This document shows positions 14,312-26,900 of a stretch of 64,000 nt of DNA, piece after piece (the stretch's first letter is position 1; each line of letters opens with the position of its first letter). The notes beneath the pieces were generated by a model that saw nothing but the letters and a program-made list of their open reading frames with translations, had not been told where the DNA came from and did not search any database. Source of the DNA: Mesotaenium endlicherianum (Eukaryota); assembly GCA_009602735.1 (NCBI GenBank), contig WELA01003517.1, positions 356,028 through 420,027 of the forward strand, read 5' to 3'. The position numbers and the translations under genes are program-made.

Positions 14312-14323
14312 GCTCCGATACCA
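14312..14323 (-). promoter_or_regulatory. tRNA-iMet-type primer-binding site of element A (TGGTATCGGAGC)
   Basis: One nt inside the 5' LTR end; one base from the usual plant TGGTATCAGAGC. Confidence 0.85.
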
Positions 14324-14324
14324 C

Positions 14325-14825
14325 TGTAGTGAAATAGATAGATAAAGTACTTGGTAAAATATAATACTTTATCTATTCAAAACAAGGATCTTTGAACACA
14401 AGTGGTAGCTTCTTGAAATAGAGATGGCTTCTTGAAAGTTGATATAGTTCTGGAATTTGGCAAGTACAAGAGTGATTCTAGAATGCCTTTCTATTTTCTA
14501 TCTCTTGTTTATGTACTTGCTACATTAGTAATTTCTAGGAAGGTGCATGTTGACGTGTTGGCACCCAACACATCCCAAAACTTGCCACCTCTTTCTAGAA
14601 TAATGTACATGTCCTTTTGACCTAAAATTGGCACATTTGACTTTTGCCACATGGAGTTCTTCTAGGTCCTTCCTCTAACTTCGAAAATGCCTTAGAAGGT
14701 TCAAAGAACATGAACCAAGTCACTAGAGTATCTATTTACACTTGAATCCACACAATACTACTCCAAATATACTCAAAAGCATTAAAATGAAAGCAAACTA
14801 ATATAGTATAACTCAAATCACTACA
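14325..14825 (-). repeat. 5' LTR of element A
   Basis: Direct repeat of 8200-8690 with a short indel. Confidence 0.95.
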
Positions 14826-16014
14826 ACGCCGGTAGGACCTCGGCTCACCAAACCCATAGCCATCTCCCATCATCCCGAATCGTCATCCACCCCAAGGGTG
14901 TCAACTGGCCACTCATCTAGCATATCGCTCTTAGATGCATAACTAGGCAGTTCACTGATACCGAATACGGCAGTCAGCTGGCTGGCAAAGAATATGTCAG
15001 CAAGCTGACCAATACTGGACTTCAGCGTACTGCTCTTGGCTAAGTCATTATACTGACTTTTACTAAAAAGTCGAGCAGACTTACTACTAACTAAAGTTCA
15101 GCACACTGAACTTAATTAATGATTATATTTGAAAGAATATTACACCATCAATAATATTGATTGATTACAAGTATGTACGCTTGACCTCCATCAACAAATT
15201 CACCAAACTACACTAAAGTGCATTAGACAACCTACTGACTTTTTTCGACGGAGTAAGTTTACTTGCATTAAATCCATATACATTCATTTACATGAACTCG
15301 CACATGTGAGCATATTGACATATTACTTATTTAGTGACATATTTATGTGTACAATTCATTGAATAAATTTTAAAGTGATTCATTACATCTCAATAGTAGA
15401 TACGGCGTTTGACTTATCGGTTGCTGCCCTCACGCCTTTGCATACGGTCCCTTTGTTACATCGACGTCGTAGTATGCTCCTGACGCGCTCATCTTGGCCC
15501 TTTGAGTCTCTAGCTCTGCAAGTTTTGCACTCAATGCATCATACTCTCGGTTACCCTTGCAGTAACCAGAGTTGTTCCTTTCCCCTTTTTGTCATACTCT
15601 GCCTCTTGCGTGGCAGAATTGGCCCATGGAGGCTTACATAGGAGGCTTCAATTGCGGGTTCCTTGACCAATAGTCATCCTCTGAATGGCCCTTCTTGCTG
15701 CAATGCACACAAACTTGTGCTTTGCTACCAGCCAATATCTTGGCTGTCAAAGAATGTGTCAGCAAGCTGACATGAGTTGACTTCAGCCTGCTGCCCCCGG
15801 CTGAGTCATTAAATTGATTATTTAATAAAGTCTAGCAGACTCAATATTAACTACAGTCCAGCAGGTTGAACTCATTTAACTATAATATTTAGATGAATAT
15901 TACATCAACCAATGTACTGATTTATTACAATCCTTCCAACTTAACATGTTGTCGCCTCGACAACACTAACACTAGTAACAGCGTGCTGTCCCTTTTGTCC
16001 CCAGCCTACTGCCA

Positions 16015-17687
16015 TTAGGAGGGAGATGTCCCTGAGGCCCTATACTCAGGGGAGCCAGACCTCCTCCTGTCTTGGGGTCTCCTGAAGCTTGGGGGATCCG
16101 CGTAGGGGCCTCGCGGAGAACGCAGTAACTGGACTGTTTCCTCCTGCACAATTTGAAACTGAAAGGAGGCAGCCTTCTCCTGGGCAGCCCGCAAACTGAC
16201 AGGTGCATATACCGGCATTCCAGAAGGATGTTGCATGACATGAGCCAAGGGCACATGCCCTCTCTACGAGGAAGATGCTGGCAGGCCTTTGGCTATCTCC
16301 CTAGCAGCCCTCCTGTCTGCCGTGTTTGACTAGGTCTCCGTGCCTGCAGATGGGCTCTGTCCTCTGGCAGCTCCCAGCGAAGTGATGTCCTCCTCTTCAG
16401 CGAGCTGTTGCAAGGCCATCCAAGTCTTCTCCCTTACAGGGGATGTGGTAGGTGTCAGGACCACAGCAGGGCTAGTGTCCTCCTCCTCGCCTTCCTCTTC
16501 TTCCTCTGCTTCCTCTGACCCCTCCTCCTCTTCTTCCCCTGGTTCCTCTGAGATCGCTGGGGTTTCCTCTGTCAGCTGCTCTAGCTCTTCCCGAGAAAAA
16601 GAATATTCCACTGACCTTCCCCATTTGGGTGCGGGTGGAGGCTGTTGAGTGCGGATCGCATGCAGGTCCTTTTCTCCTTGCTTGCTTGCCCATTTGGCAT
16701 AAGCATGCTTCCCTTTAGATAATGACTCACGGGCCCTGCTCTTGTCCTCCTGCGTTTCTTGGCTCATGCAGTCTCTTACTCCATCCAGTCTTGGGTCCCA
16801 AGCGGCAATATGAGGAGGCAACACTATGTTTTCCTGTAGGTCCGTTAGGAAGTCTTCCTCCCTTGCCTCGTCATTTTGCTGGTCCCTCATGTTGATGGTC
16901 ATCCACCGCCATTCGGTGGGCTTTTGGAAAAAGGCAGGGTCTGTCCTTTCAGAGTGCAAGGGTACCAGTGCCCTGCGAAGTCTAGCTGACTGGTTTCTCT
17001 GGCCAAGAACTCCCAGCTTCTCCTCTCCACCTCATTATACATGGCCTTGAACCGGTTATGGGGTGTAGAGTCCTTAAAGCTGTCCGCGTCCCAGGGGATC
17101 AGCATGATGACCCTATCCTTTCCCCGGATACCTGGGATCAATACAACTCCTGTCTTATTTGCTTAGGCCATTGCCTTGGCCTCTCTGACTGTATACCCTA
17201 CCATCCTGGCATAATCGTGGTAGAGGAGTAGCCCAGTGCTGACCTCAATTTACTTGTCAAACTATTCGGATGTCTCCCCTTCCCTCTGCAGGATGTCCTG
17301 CTGTGCCTCACTGCGACTTCTCTGGGCATACTTGAAGGCCTCCTTCAGTAGATCAAAGCCCTTGCCCAGTACTGTGTGGCGGTAGCTGCCGATTCTCCTT
17401 TGTTCTTCTTCTTCAACCTGCTGCTTCCGCCTCTCCTCGGCTTGCCTCTCCTCTTCCGCCCTCTTGGCCTCCTCTGCAGCCTTTTTGTCCAATTCTTCCT
17501 GCCTCAGCCTGGCCTGTTCCTCCTCTTCCTTCTTCTTCTGTGCCTCCAGCTGTTGTTGGAGTCGTTGCGATTCTCGAGCGAAGATGGAGGATGATTCGAT
17601 GTCGCCACGGAATTCTAAGTATTCTGCATGCGCCTCTTCCGCTCTTCTCTTCCTCTTAAGTTCCGACTTCCGGGTCATCCTGCTCAA
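16015..17687 (-). pseudogene. Family-B extra ORF of unknown function, copy B1
   Basis: ORF pieces 17262-17687, 16899-17141, 16330-16959 and 16015-16254 are colinear with 37861-39527. Confidence 0.8.
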
Positions 17688-18031
17688 TCATAAACACAAT
17701 GCAGTTAATGAAGTCATGATACTTTGCCGCTACTGAGTGCCCGTGGTGAAGAAGAACGTGATAGGGAGAGTCCCTAGTGTGTAGTACCTTGTGTGAGTGA
17801 GTATAAGAGAGAATTGAGTTAGAGAGAAAAAGTGAGTATGAGCGCAAGTTGAGTGTGTAGAATGGTTATGAATTTTGCCTGGTTGATCTCGAAACGGAAC
17901 ACATTCCCTCCAACTTAATCGTAATTTTGAAGGTGGGCTGCCTGTCAAAACTGTCACTATCTGTCACATTCCCCTCCGACTTATATGAAGACAGGACCTC
18001 CTGTCATTTGTCCATGTCCACTGAATGACAG

Positions 18032-21000
18032 TTAGGGAGGGGTGCCAGCCGCCCGAAGGTGGAACCGTTTCAACGCCCCTTTGGCATTGGTCAGCTGGTC
18101 TTTAAATTCCCAAGTGTCTCCAGAGGCATCGTAACCCTTCCATCTGACCAGGTACTTCATGACATATTTAGATGATCGACGGACAGAGCGGGCGTCTAAA
18201 TGTCCTCCACCTCATATTCCTCAGGTTCACCATCCCGGACAGCGGGGACCGGTCCCGGTTGGACAGGTAACCGACCTGTGAACAGTGTGTCACCTTTGAT
18301 GTATGGTTCCAGGAAGGAGACATTAAAGACCGGGTGATCCTTATATTCTGCTGACGTGTTCAGTTTGTAAGCATTTTGACCGACACGGCGCACCACCGAA
18401 TATGGACCCACCCAGATAGGACCAAGCTTTTTCTTGACCACACCAGGTAGGTACAGGTGCTGAGAATGCAATTTGACCAAATTGCCCTTAGAAAATGTCA
18501 GTTCTTGACGGTGCTGACTAGTATATTTTTGTTGGTCTGCCTGGGCTTTGTGCAGGTTCTGTTGGACTTCTGACAGGGTGTCAGCAAACTCCTGGGTTAA
18601 CTGGAGGGAGATCGAATTGTCAATCCCTTCAGGGTGAGTTAAAGATTCCCCTAGTACATTTGAAGGAGACTTAGGGACTCTACCCAGGCTCAGTTCAAAA
18701 GGAGTCTTGCCCGTTGACGCGTGCACCGCACTGTTGACCGCAATTTAGATTTGAGGTAACAGGTCATCCCAATTATCTTGATTTTGGTTAATGTAGGCTC
18801 TCGGTACCTCTTGCAGAACTCGTTTATTTCTTTCAGTTTGCCCATCAGTCTGAGGGTGGTTTGTTGTGCTGAGCAGCAGTTTGACTCCCATTAACCCCAT
18901 TGAAGCTCTCGAGAACTTAGAGGTAAATTTTGAGTCTTTGTCTGAGATGATATTAGAGGGTAGCCCATGTTGGCATACGACATGGTTGTAGAACTGTCTC
19001 GCTGTTTCGAGTGCAGTTTTGGGGATCAAAATGACCATTTTTGTCAATTTATCCACTACTACCAGTATCGAATCATGCCCATTGGCTAATCTTGGTAGTG
19101 TTACCACCCAATCCATGGATATTGTTTCCCAACGGCCACCAGGGATGGGCAGCGGTTGTAAGATGCCCCCCGATGGCGTGTGCCTAGACTTATTCCTTTG
19201 AATCTGGTCACAGGACATAATGTATTTTAAGACCTTCCGAGGTAATCCCTCCCAATGATAATGTTTTGCCAGCTTGCCAACAGTTTTGGCCTGCCTCAAA
19301 TGCCCACCCAGTAAACTGTCATGTGCTTGACTCAGTAAAAGGGACCTTATTTCCAAGTTATTAGGAATGACCAGCTTCAGCCTGCCTGAAGTGGTTTTAG
19401 TCACCCACACCCCTCCCTTAAGCCTATACCCGAGTGCAGTAGCAGGACACACACCATCAGTGGGGCTGGGCTCAAATGTTGGGTCAGAAAGGTAGGCTTT
19501 CTTAAATTGTTCAAGGAAGGACTTTTTCACCTTTAGTGAAGTGAGTGCACAAAGAACTTTATCTACAGCATGCTGACTAAAGTTCCTTTCTTGTTAGTCA
19601 GGTCTTCTAGAGAGTGTATCTGCAGGATTCAACTTTCCTGGTTTGTAGTCGATCTGGACTTGAAACTGCTCCACCATCTGGCTCCAACGGTTCTCCCTCC
19701 TGGACAGCTTGGACTTCTTTTGAAAGTGAGTCAGAGCTAGATGACCCGTAATCATCTTAAAAGCTTTACCATGTAAGTATGCTCTCCACTGTTTGAGCAC
19801 ATGAATGATAGCTAGCAGCTCTTTATAGTGCACTGAGTACTTAATCTCCGCTGGATTAAATTTCATAGACTCGTACATCACAGGATGCCAGTCCTGCCGT
19901 TCCTTACCATCCTTTGTGGTTTTGTCAGCAGGCTGCAACAAAATAGCACCAATGGCAAAGTCAGAGACATCAGTGACTACCTGCACCGATTTGCTGGGGT
20001 CATACACAGCTAGCACCGGGGCAGAACAAAGAGCATCTTTAAGGGTCTGGAAGGCAGCCTGCTGCTCTTCCCCCCACACATACCCTATGTCTTTCATAGT
20101 AAGGTCAGTTAGTTTACTGGCCTTTGTAGAATAATTCTCAATAAATCTCCTATAGTAGTTAGCCAACCCGAGGAAGGATCTAACTTCAGAGACAAACTGT
20201 GGTACTGGCCAGTGCCTTATGGTCTGGACTTTCTTAGGATCCATGCTGATCCCTTCTTTATTGACAACGTGGCCTAAGAAGTCAATACTTTCCTTAAAGA
20301 AATCACACTTGCTCATTTAAGCATATAAGTGATTTCTTCTCAGAGTGTCCATGACTGTCTTTAAGTGTTCAGCGTGCTGAGCTTCATCTTTAGAGAAAAT
20401 TAAAATATCATCCAGGAAAATTTGCACAAAGTTATCCAAATAAGGCCTGAAAATGTCATTCATAGCACCCATGAAGGTCGCAGGAGCATTAGTCAGTCCA
20501 AATGGCATCACGTTGAATTCATAGTGTCCATAACGTGTGCGGAAGGCAGTCTTGTGTTCATCCCCCTCAGCAATTCTGATTTGATGATAACCACTCTTGA
20601 GATCTATCTTACTGAACACCTTAGCACCAGACAAGGTATCAAGCAAGTCCTCGATTCTGGGTAAAGCATACTGTTCTTTACTGTAATTCTGTTCAGAGCT
20701 CTGTAATCCACACACATCCGCTTGCTGCCATCCTTTTTCTTAACAAATAGGATGGGTGATTTACTGGGGGAAATCTAACCATTTTCCTCAAACTCTGCAA
20801 TCTGTGTTTTTAACTCTTCGCTCTCCACATAGGACAAGCCATAAGTGCGTTGCCAGGGTGGCTGACTCCCATGTAATAAGTCAATCCTGTGATACACTTC
20901 CCTCTTAGGAGGTAGTCTCGGAGGCATATTAAAAATATCAGTGTATTGAGCAACAACTTTTGCAGCAGTAGGGTGCGCCGGAGGACTTACCTTTTTCTCA

Positions 21001-23250
21001 ACCACTTCTTTAGGTTGAAGGGGTACTTCTCTTAGCAGCAAACAGCACATTCTGTCTTCCCTCTGGTTCCAGCTTTCGATGAACTCTATTGCATTCAGCA
21101 ATTTGCAGCCTCTACTTTTCCTTCATTTGCCATCTATACAGGACAACAGGAAGAGCACTGGTGGGTGCCAAGTTAATCTGCCCATCAGTGGCTCCTCTCA
21201 GTTTAACCGTACCTCTGCTCCAACACACTTCAGCTTGATGTTTATTAAGCCAGGACCTGCCTAGCACGAAGTCATAAAAACCAGTATTGAGTACCTCAAA
21301 TGTAAGCGTTTCAATTAGAACTGCAGTGCCAGAACCTAACTGGACCTCCATAGGCTTGATTATGATTCCTCCGGGTATACTTGAGGCATCTCCAAATATT
21401 TTTCTATTCCCTTGGGTGACAGTAGGCTGCCTTAGCCGCTTAACTAAGTCCTTATGGATGAAAGTATATGACGCCCCTCCGTCAACAAATGCCCTCACCT
21501 TCCTACCTGCAATCATGCAATGCAGTAGGATAGGGGGGACTGTCTTTTCCTGACTTTCGCATTTTTCTCCTGACTTAACAAAGAAATGTTGGACATCAGG
21601 TGGAACAAGATCATCCAGAATGTGCACTCTCTGGAGATCTATATTGCTGATGGTCTCCTTTATCTGGTTGTCAGGCATGCATAGTGAATCCAGTTGAGCA
21701 AGACCCATAATCCCTGCTACGAGGGCAGCTAGTGACGACTCACTATCTCTAGCTTCCTCACAGTCAGTAGACTGGATTACTGACTGTTGCTGTCTTTTAA
21801 AGGCTCGTCTTTTCTCTCGACCTTGGGAAGGTGCTTGTCTGGACACTGCTCTCTGAAGTGACCTGCCTGCTGGCAATAGAAGCAAATCGGTTTTGCTGAG
21901 GCTGGTCTCGGCTTAGTCCTACCACCACCTCTTCTATAGCCGCCTCGAGAGAAACCACCTCTCTCTCTAGACTGCATAGCATTATACTCATACCCATATT
22001 CATCACCCTGATCATCCTCAGCCTGGTCTCCTTCAATTGCATTGTAGGAATCGTGGGGCTTTTTGACGACCTTGGACACCAAAGCATTACTTTGGCGCTT
22101 GTGATTGAATTGATGCTGATCTTTGGCATCAGCATCCTGGATCAAGTCAGTCAGTTTCTCATACTTCTTTTCAGCAAAATGACCAGAGACTTTGGATTTC
22201 AACCCAAACCTGAAGTATGCTATCCTATACCGCTCTGGCAAGTCTGGCTGCTTTGTCAGGTTTTCTTGGAACTTTTGAGCAAACTCAGCAACTGAAGTGG
22301 TCTTCTTCAGTGTCAGGGAGATCATCGCATAGATAGCTTTCTGCTGCTCATTGATCACATCAAACTTCTCATGCAGTTTCTTGACAATCTCTACCCAAGT
22401 AGGGTCACCGAGTTGTTGAGCCTTACACTCTCCTTTCCAGTACAACCACCAGTCTGCTGCACTGCCTTTCAGTAGAGCACCAGTGTGCCTGACCTTCTCG
22501 TGATCTTGCAGTTTTGGGTAGTTCTCCAGCCACTGCTCAACATCAGCAAGAAACTTGATCAGGTATTACTTTTTGTTCCCCTCCGGATCATAATCCTGGA
22601 GAGGTTTCGGCTTGGGCTTACTAGGCCCTCTGCCACTACCACCCGTGGTTTGAGATCCCAGTTGGTCTCGGTCTCGCAGTAGAGACATTATGATTCTTTT
22701 GTCCTCCTATTGGGACTGGTACATGCTCGCCATTTGCGATTGCATTTGCACGAACAATGCTCCCAGATCCACATTCTGAGGTGGGAGTCTAGCAAATGCA
22801 GCAGTAGCAACGGCATCAACTCGCTGAGTAGTGTCCTCAACAGTCCCTCTCGCTCCTGCAGCAGTAATTCCTGCCGCATTCAGCCGGTCACAAATTTGAC
22901 CTAGGGGCACATTGAGTTGTACAGCAGGAGGTGGGTTCAGAACATTGGCCCTTGATGCCATAAGTTCTTCGACAGTGCGCTCGTCCGCGGGCTGTCCTTC
23001 CCTCCTTTCTGTATCTTTAGCAGCTTTGCTAATCGTTCAACTTCTAATCTGGCTCTTTCCTCCTCAACCTGCTGTGCTGCGACTGCAGCAATAGCGGCTG
23101 TCTCATCTGCAGCCTCTTTAGCTGCAGTATCTGCCACTGCTTCAGAATAGGTACGGGTTCCCGCTACATCGCTTTCAGCCTGATTTTTGACATTCTCGTT
23201 ATCCTGTCTCTATGTCTCGGGAGTTGCTAATTTGAGACCTTGTCCTTACC
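18032..23250 (-). pseudogene. gag-pol of B1 (CCHC Gag, protease, RT, RNase H, integrase, chromodomain)
   Basis: [85 protein letters not shown]. Confidence 0.93.
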
Positions 23251-23286
23251 GTGCAAAGAAGACTGTGATAACAGCTCCGATACCAT

Positions 23287-24006
23287 TGAAATGAAATCGA
23301 CTTGCCAAATAGACAACTAACAATTAATAAAGATCTTTATATCAGCAAGTAATCTTTATGGTTATTTTCGTTAATTGAATTAAGAGCAAAGGACCACTCA
23401 CTAGCAGTGAATAATACTTGTAAGTCAAATGCAAGCAAACTAGCATCAATAATGCAATCAGTAAACTCACACATAAGCAAGGCTAGGAGACAGTGCATAT
23501 CAATGGCTTCTCGCCTTGGATTCAGATGTCTCTCAGTAAGCTGTACAAGAGAGTTGGCCTCGTTTCCGAATGTCGAACTCGAGAGCAATGCCTAGCATAT
23601 GTACATGGAATGAGTTTACTGTTCAACGGCCAGTGCGATGGCACCGCCTACCCGGGAGTTAACTACGTTGGTAGGACCTCGGTTAACCAAATCCACCGCC
23701 ATCTCCCATCATCCCGAATCGCCATCCATCCTAAGGATGTCATCTGGCCATTCATCTAGCACACCACACTTAGGTGCATATCTAGGCGGTTCGCTGCTAC
23801 CGAGTACGGAAGTTAGCTAGCTGTCGAAGAATGTGTCAGCAAGCTGACCTGAGTTGACTTCAGCCTGCTGCCCCCGGCTGAATCATTAAACTGACTATTT
23901 AATAAAGTCCAGCAGACTCAATGTTAAGTAAAGTTCAGCAGGGTGAACTTATTTAATTATAATGTTTAGATGAATATTATATCAACCAATATATTGATTC
24001 ATTACA
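23287..24006 (-). repeat. 5' LTR of B1 (720 bp)
   Basis: TGAAATG...CATTACA on +; homologous to 39699-40415, 56214-56935 and 63503 onward. Confidence 0.93.
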
Positions 24007-24129
24007 CAATTCAAGGTTCATGGATTCCTGCTTCCAGAGAAAGATCTTCCAGTCTGGATGTATCTATATCATTGTTTTGATCGTACGACGTGCAAAATGC
24101 GCATTCCGATGCACTTCGATGCTCTAATC

Positions 24130-25130
24130 TTCTGGAATTTAAGCTTTATACAATTTGAAAATTGACGCAAGCAATGAGTAGGGTTGAGCTGGTCGCCCCC
24201 AAGCATCCATGGTCTTCAAAGAACCAGCCAATGTTCGCATGACTATTTCGATCGTTGCGCCTCCACTAGCAGAAATTCCAACATGCGATATCTCGGCCAC
24301 ATCTTTGACTCTCCGTAATTTAACAGACGGATCGATGAATAGACCTTACAGCCTTCTGCTAACAGACTCAGCACTTCTGTAAGAGACGGTGCTCTGTTCA
24401 TAGACTTCTAGTTGTCTTAATGCGGCATACAAACTGTTAATCAATTCATTTGTATCCATTTTGGTAGCACGAGCAATTCTCTTAAAATTGCGTGTCGACA
24501 GAGCCGCTAGCTTGGTTTTTTGCAACCTATTTTGAACTTTCACGTCCCTAACACTTTTTTTCTCCTCAAATACCAATTTCAAAGTGATATTTTTAACCTT
24601 CCTAAATTGGCCATAACGCAGTAAGCGTCACTAGAAAAATACTAAATCATATTTGTGAATGCAATAGACTGCGTGCATGAAGCATCGTATTGGTTTTTTT
24701 TGTAAAAATCCGCCCAACAGATTTTATCAAATCTTTTGTAAGTGAGAGAATTGTAGCTGGTCCCACAGCTGAAGCATTTCAACGACAAATTTACTTCAAA
24801 ATTTCATGCTTGTCCTCGCTAGTCATCTCAACTTGTGACCAGCAATCACTGACTCTCACCCAAACGTTTTGCATTCTGCCCAATTCTGGTGGAAAAAACA
24901 GCTTGCCATCTATGGCGTCTTGCAATCGGTCGTCTGCCGACATTTTCTCATCCCACGGGTTTTTTAAAGAAACTTCCACAAGTACCACAAGATTTTAAAA
25001 AAATGTAATCACTCCTTCATCGTATAAAAGTTGAATTTTGCTTGCTCCCTTCTCAAGTTCAGCTTGTGCGTACTTTTCAGGTCCCTATTTCCAATTTTCC
25101 TGGGATTTTTTGGTCACTTGAGAACCAATT
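24130..25130 (-). pseudogene. Possible decayed coding sequence of unknown origin
   Basis: Protein-like minus-strand fragments (24791-24988, 24346-24582) in AT-rich DNA; no motif recognised; boundaries approximate. Confidence 0.25.
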
Positions 25131-25899
25131 TAACCAAGTTCTTGGAAGTAAGACAGAAGCTTCCACTTTTTAGCAGGCTCTTTGTCTGAGTTGATAGGTT
25201 CACAATTGACAATAACTCTAGGTCGCAAAAATCACGTACGAACAATTGATAAAGAAAACGAAGTTGATAAAAAAAAAGTCTACACGGGCTTTCCCTTGAC
25301 TTTCAAAAGTACAAGCTTACAAAATTCCGAATGCTACAACAAACCTAGTCTAGCGCGACTGAGCTTCTTGCTCTTAGCCGTGCTTGCCAGATCTTCACTG
25401 CAAGCTGGAATATCTCACTCCTTCACTGAGAGTTTTTCTTACTCAATCTACTTTTAATCTGACTCCTGAAAACTTGGAAAATAATACAGAACCTGCTCTT
25501 TGCACGCTTGTGGTGTCCGTCCCAATTTTGCACTAATTCTAGTCTGCAAGTTTTATCATTTTAGGGAGGATGGCCTTCCTAGAATGTAACTTCTAACGTC
25601 CAAAGCGTAGCAGAATGGAAGAAGAAATCTTCAAGCGTCAGGGGATGTGTGCCTTCTTAGGCTCCTTGTGGCCTTGGGAAGTCCTTCTCCTTTGCACCTT
25701 CTTCTTCCTTCCCCTCCTTTTTTCTCCATCTCCTTCCTTCGCTTGTCTAGAAAATGAAAGCAAAAAATGAGGGTGAAGTGCGCATAACTTATTCTTTACT
25801 CAAGCACCTGCATGCATTAACCTCAAAGTTAGCGTTTAAGTTTGACTTATTTCAAATTAAGGTCAAGTGCGCTTTGTGAAACTGGGACTATGCAAGTAA

Positions 25900-26900
25900 T
25901 GGTTGGCACATAATAGCAGCCACTGGGACAATGCATTGCCATGATTGGCTATGGAGTACAAGATCAATAAGCAGGGCTTGTCGGCCTCGCACTCTCCATA
26001 CTTCCTACTCTATGGACAACAATCAATCTTGCCACTCGCTGCCAGGTTCGTTGCGGACAACGTCTTCACCTCAACATCCCAAATACATGGAGTGGCTCAA
26101 TTATGTGACGTGCTCAGCTCGTTGAGCGCCTGGTGCCCATGGCTTTGGACAATCTCTGCGCATCGTGAGGTACGCCATAATCCAAGGAGGGCCTATCGTC
26201 CTCAGGTGCTACAAGTTTTTGTAGGTGATTTTGCCTTCCTACTACGCCAGATAAGCACCCTCAATACCAGCAGCTTACCTGTTCTCCTACGGGTCAAGCG
26301 CGTTTTGGCATGAGAAGTATGCTAGAGCTGGAAGGTGTGGACGATTGCCTGCACAACTTGGATCTGCAGTTGCGTTCCCTAGGTGCTCGGCCGGCCAAGG
26401 ACTGGACATGCACACAGTCCCGGACGCAAGGGTAAGATGCTGCCTTGCGACAATTGCAACTTTGGCTTCCACATCAACTGTCTGGATTCATCGCTGATAG
26501 AGGTGTCCCTAGGTTAATAATTTTGCACCAATTGTTCCACACTAGGACTCGGCAGCATCAGCAACCCACTAGCCATGGTTGAAAGTTGGAGGGTAAAATA
26601 GAAATATATGAATATTTGCCTCTACATTTGGCCATGAAGTTACATGAGTTGTAGACGTCATTGCGGCAAAGCCTACTGATCCGACCCACATTGCTCAATA
26701 CTGCTGATGCACACTTGACCTCTTGATAAATGACAGCTGTCATGAATTATTAGCTTGTGCTTGCTATAACTACGCACCTCTACAAGTATGTGAAAGTTAC
26801 CTTAAAATCACCAATTGCATTTTCATTTTCAAGATAATTGGATACGCATATATTTTTGAAGCTTAGAAAAACGTTGAACATCAAGCCAGCTTCTCAACAC
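25900..26900 (+). mobile_element. Diverged relic of the element-C family: integrase C-terminus, PHD finger, purine tract, B repeat, palindromic junction and start of A
   Basis: LAMEYKINKQ..SHSPYFLLYGQQSILPLAARFVADNV resembles LAMGYKFSKQ..SHSPYVLLYGRQPVLPAAARIVAENV; CDNCNFGFHINCLD; B-like TAGACGTCATTGCGGCAAAGCCT; junction ATGACAGCTGTCAT at 26730-26743. Boundaries approximate. Confidence 0.85.

Larger units (their letters stand above)
8200..14825 (-). mobile_element. Full-length Ty3/Gypsy chromovirus, family A (inactivated)
   Basis: Paired LTRs 8200-8690 and 14325-14825 (TGTAGTG...CACTACA); TSD ACGTC/ACGCC; PBS and PPT present; gag-PR-RT-RH-INT-chromodomain order. Confidence 0.95.
7833..15169 (-). 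mobile_element. Family-B solo LTR (~700 bp) split by element A (segments 7833-8199 and 14831-15169)
   Basis: Starts TGAAATT and ends GATTACA. Joining ...GTTAACCACGTC|GGTAGGACCTCGG... reproduces the intact LTR at 23287-24006. Flanks AATAT/AGTAT (near TSD). Confidence 0.85.
15741..24006 (-). mobile_element. Ty3/Gypsy chromovirus family B, copy B1 (3' LTR truncated to 15741-15929)
   Basis: 5' LTR 23287-24006; PBS TGGTATCGGAGC 23274-23285; PPT AAGTTGGAAGGA next to 15929; gag-pol plus extra ORF. Confidence 0.93.

Noticed and set aside
23638..23880. Recurrent 60-90 codon ORFs on both strands of family-B LTRs (MAPPTRELTT... and its antisense)
   Set aside because: Recurrence reflects LTR copy identity; copies show stops, a frameshifting indel and many non-synonymous changes.
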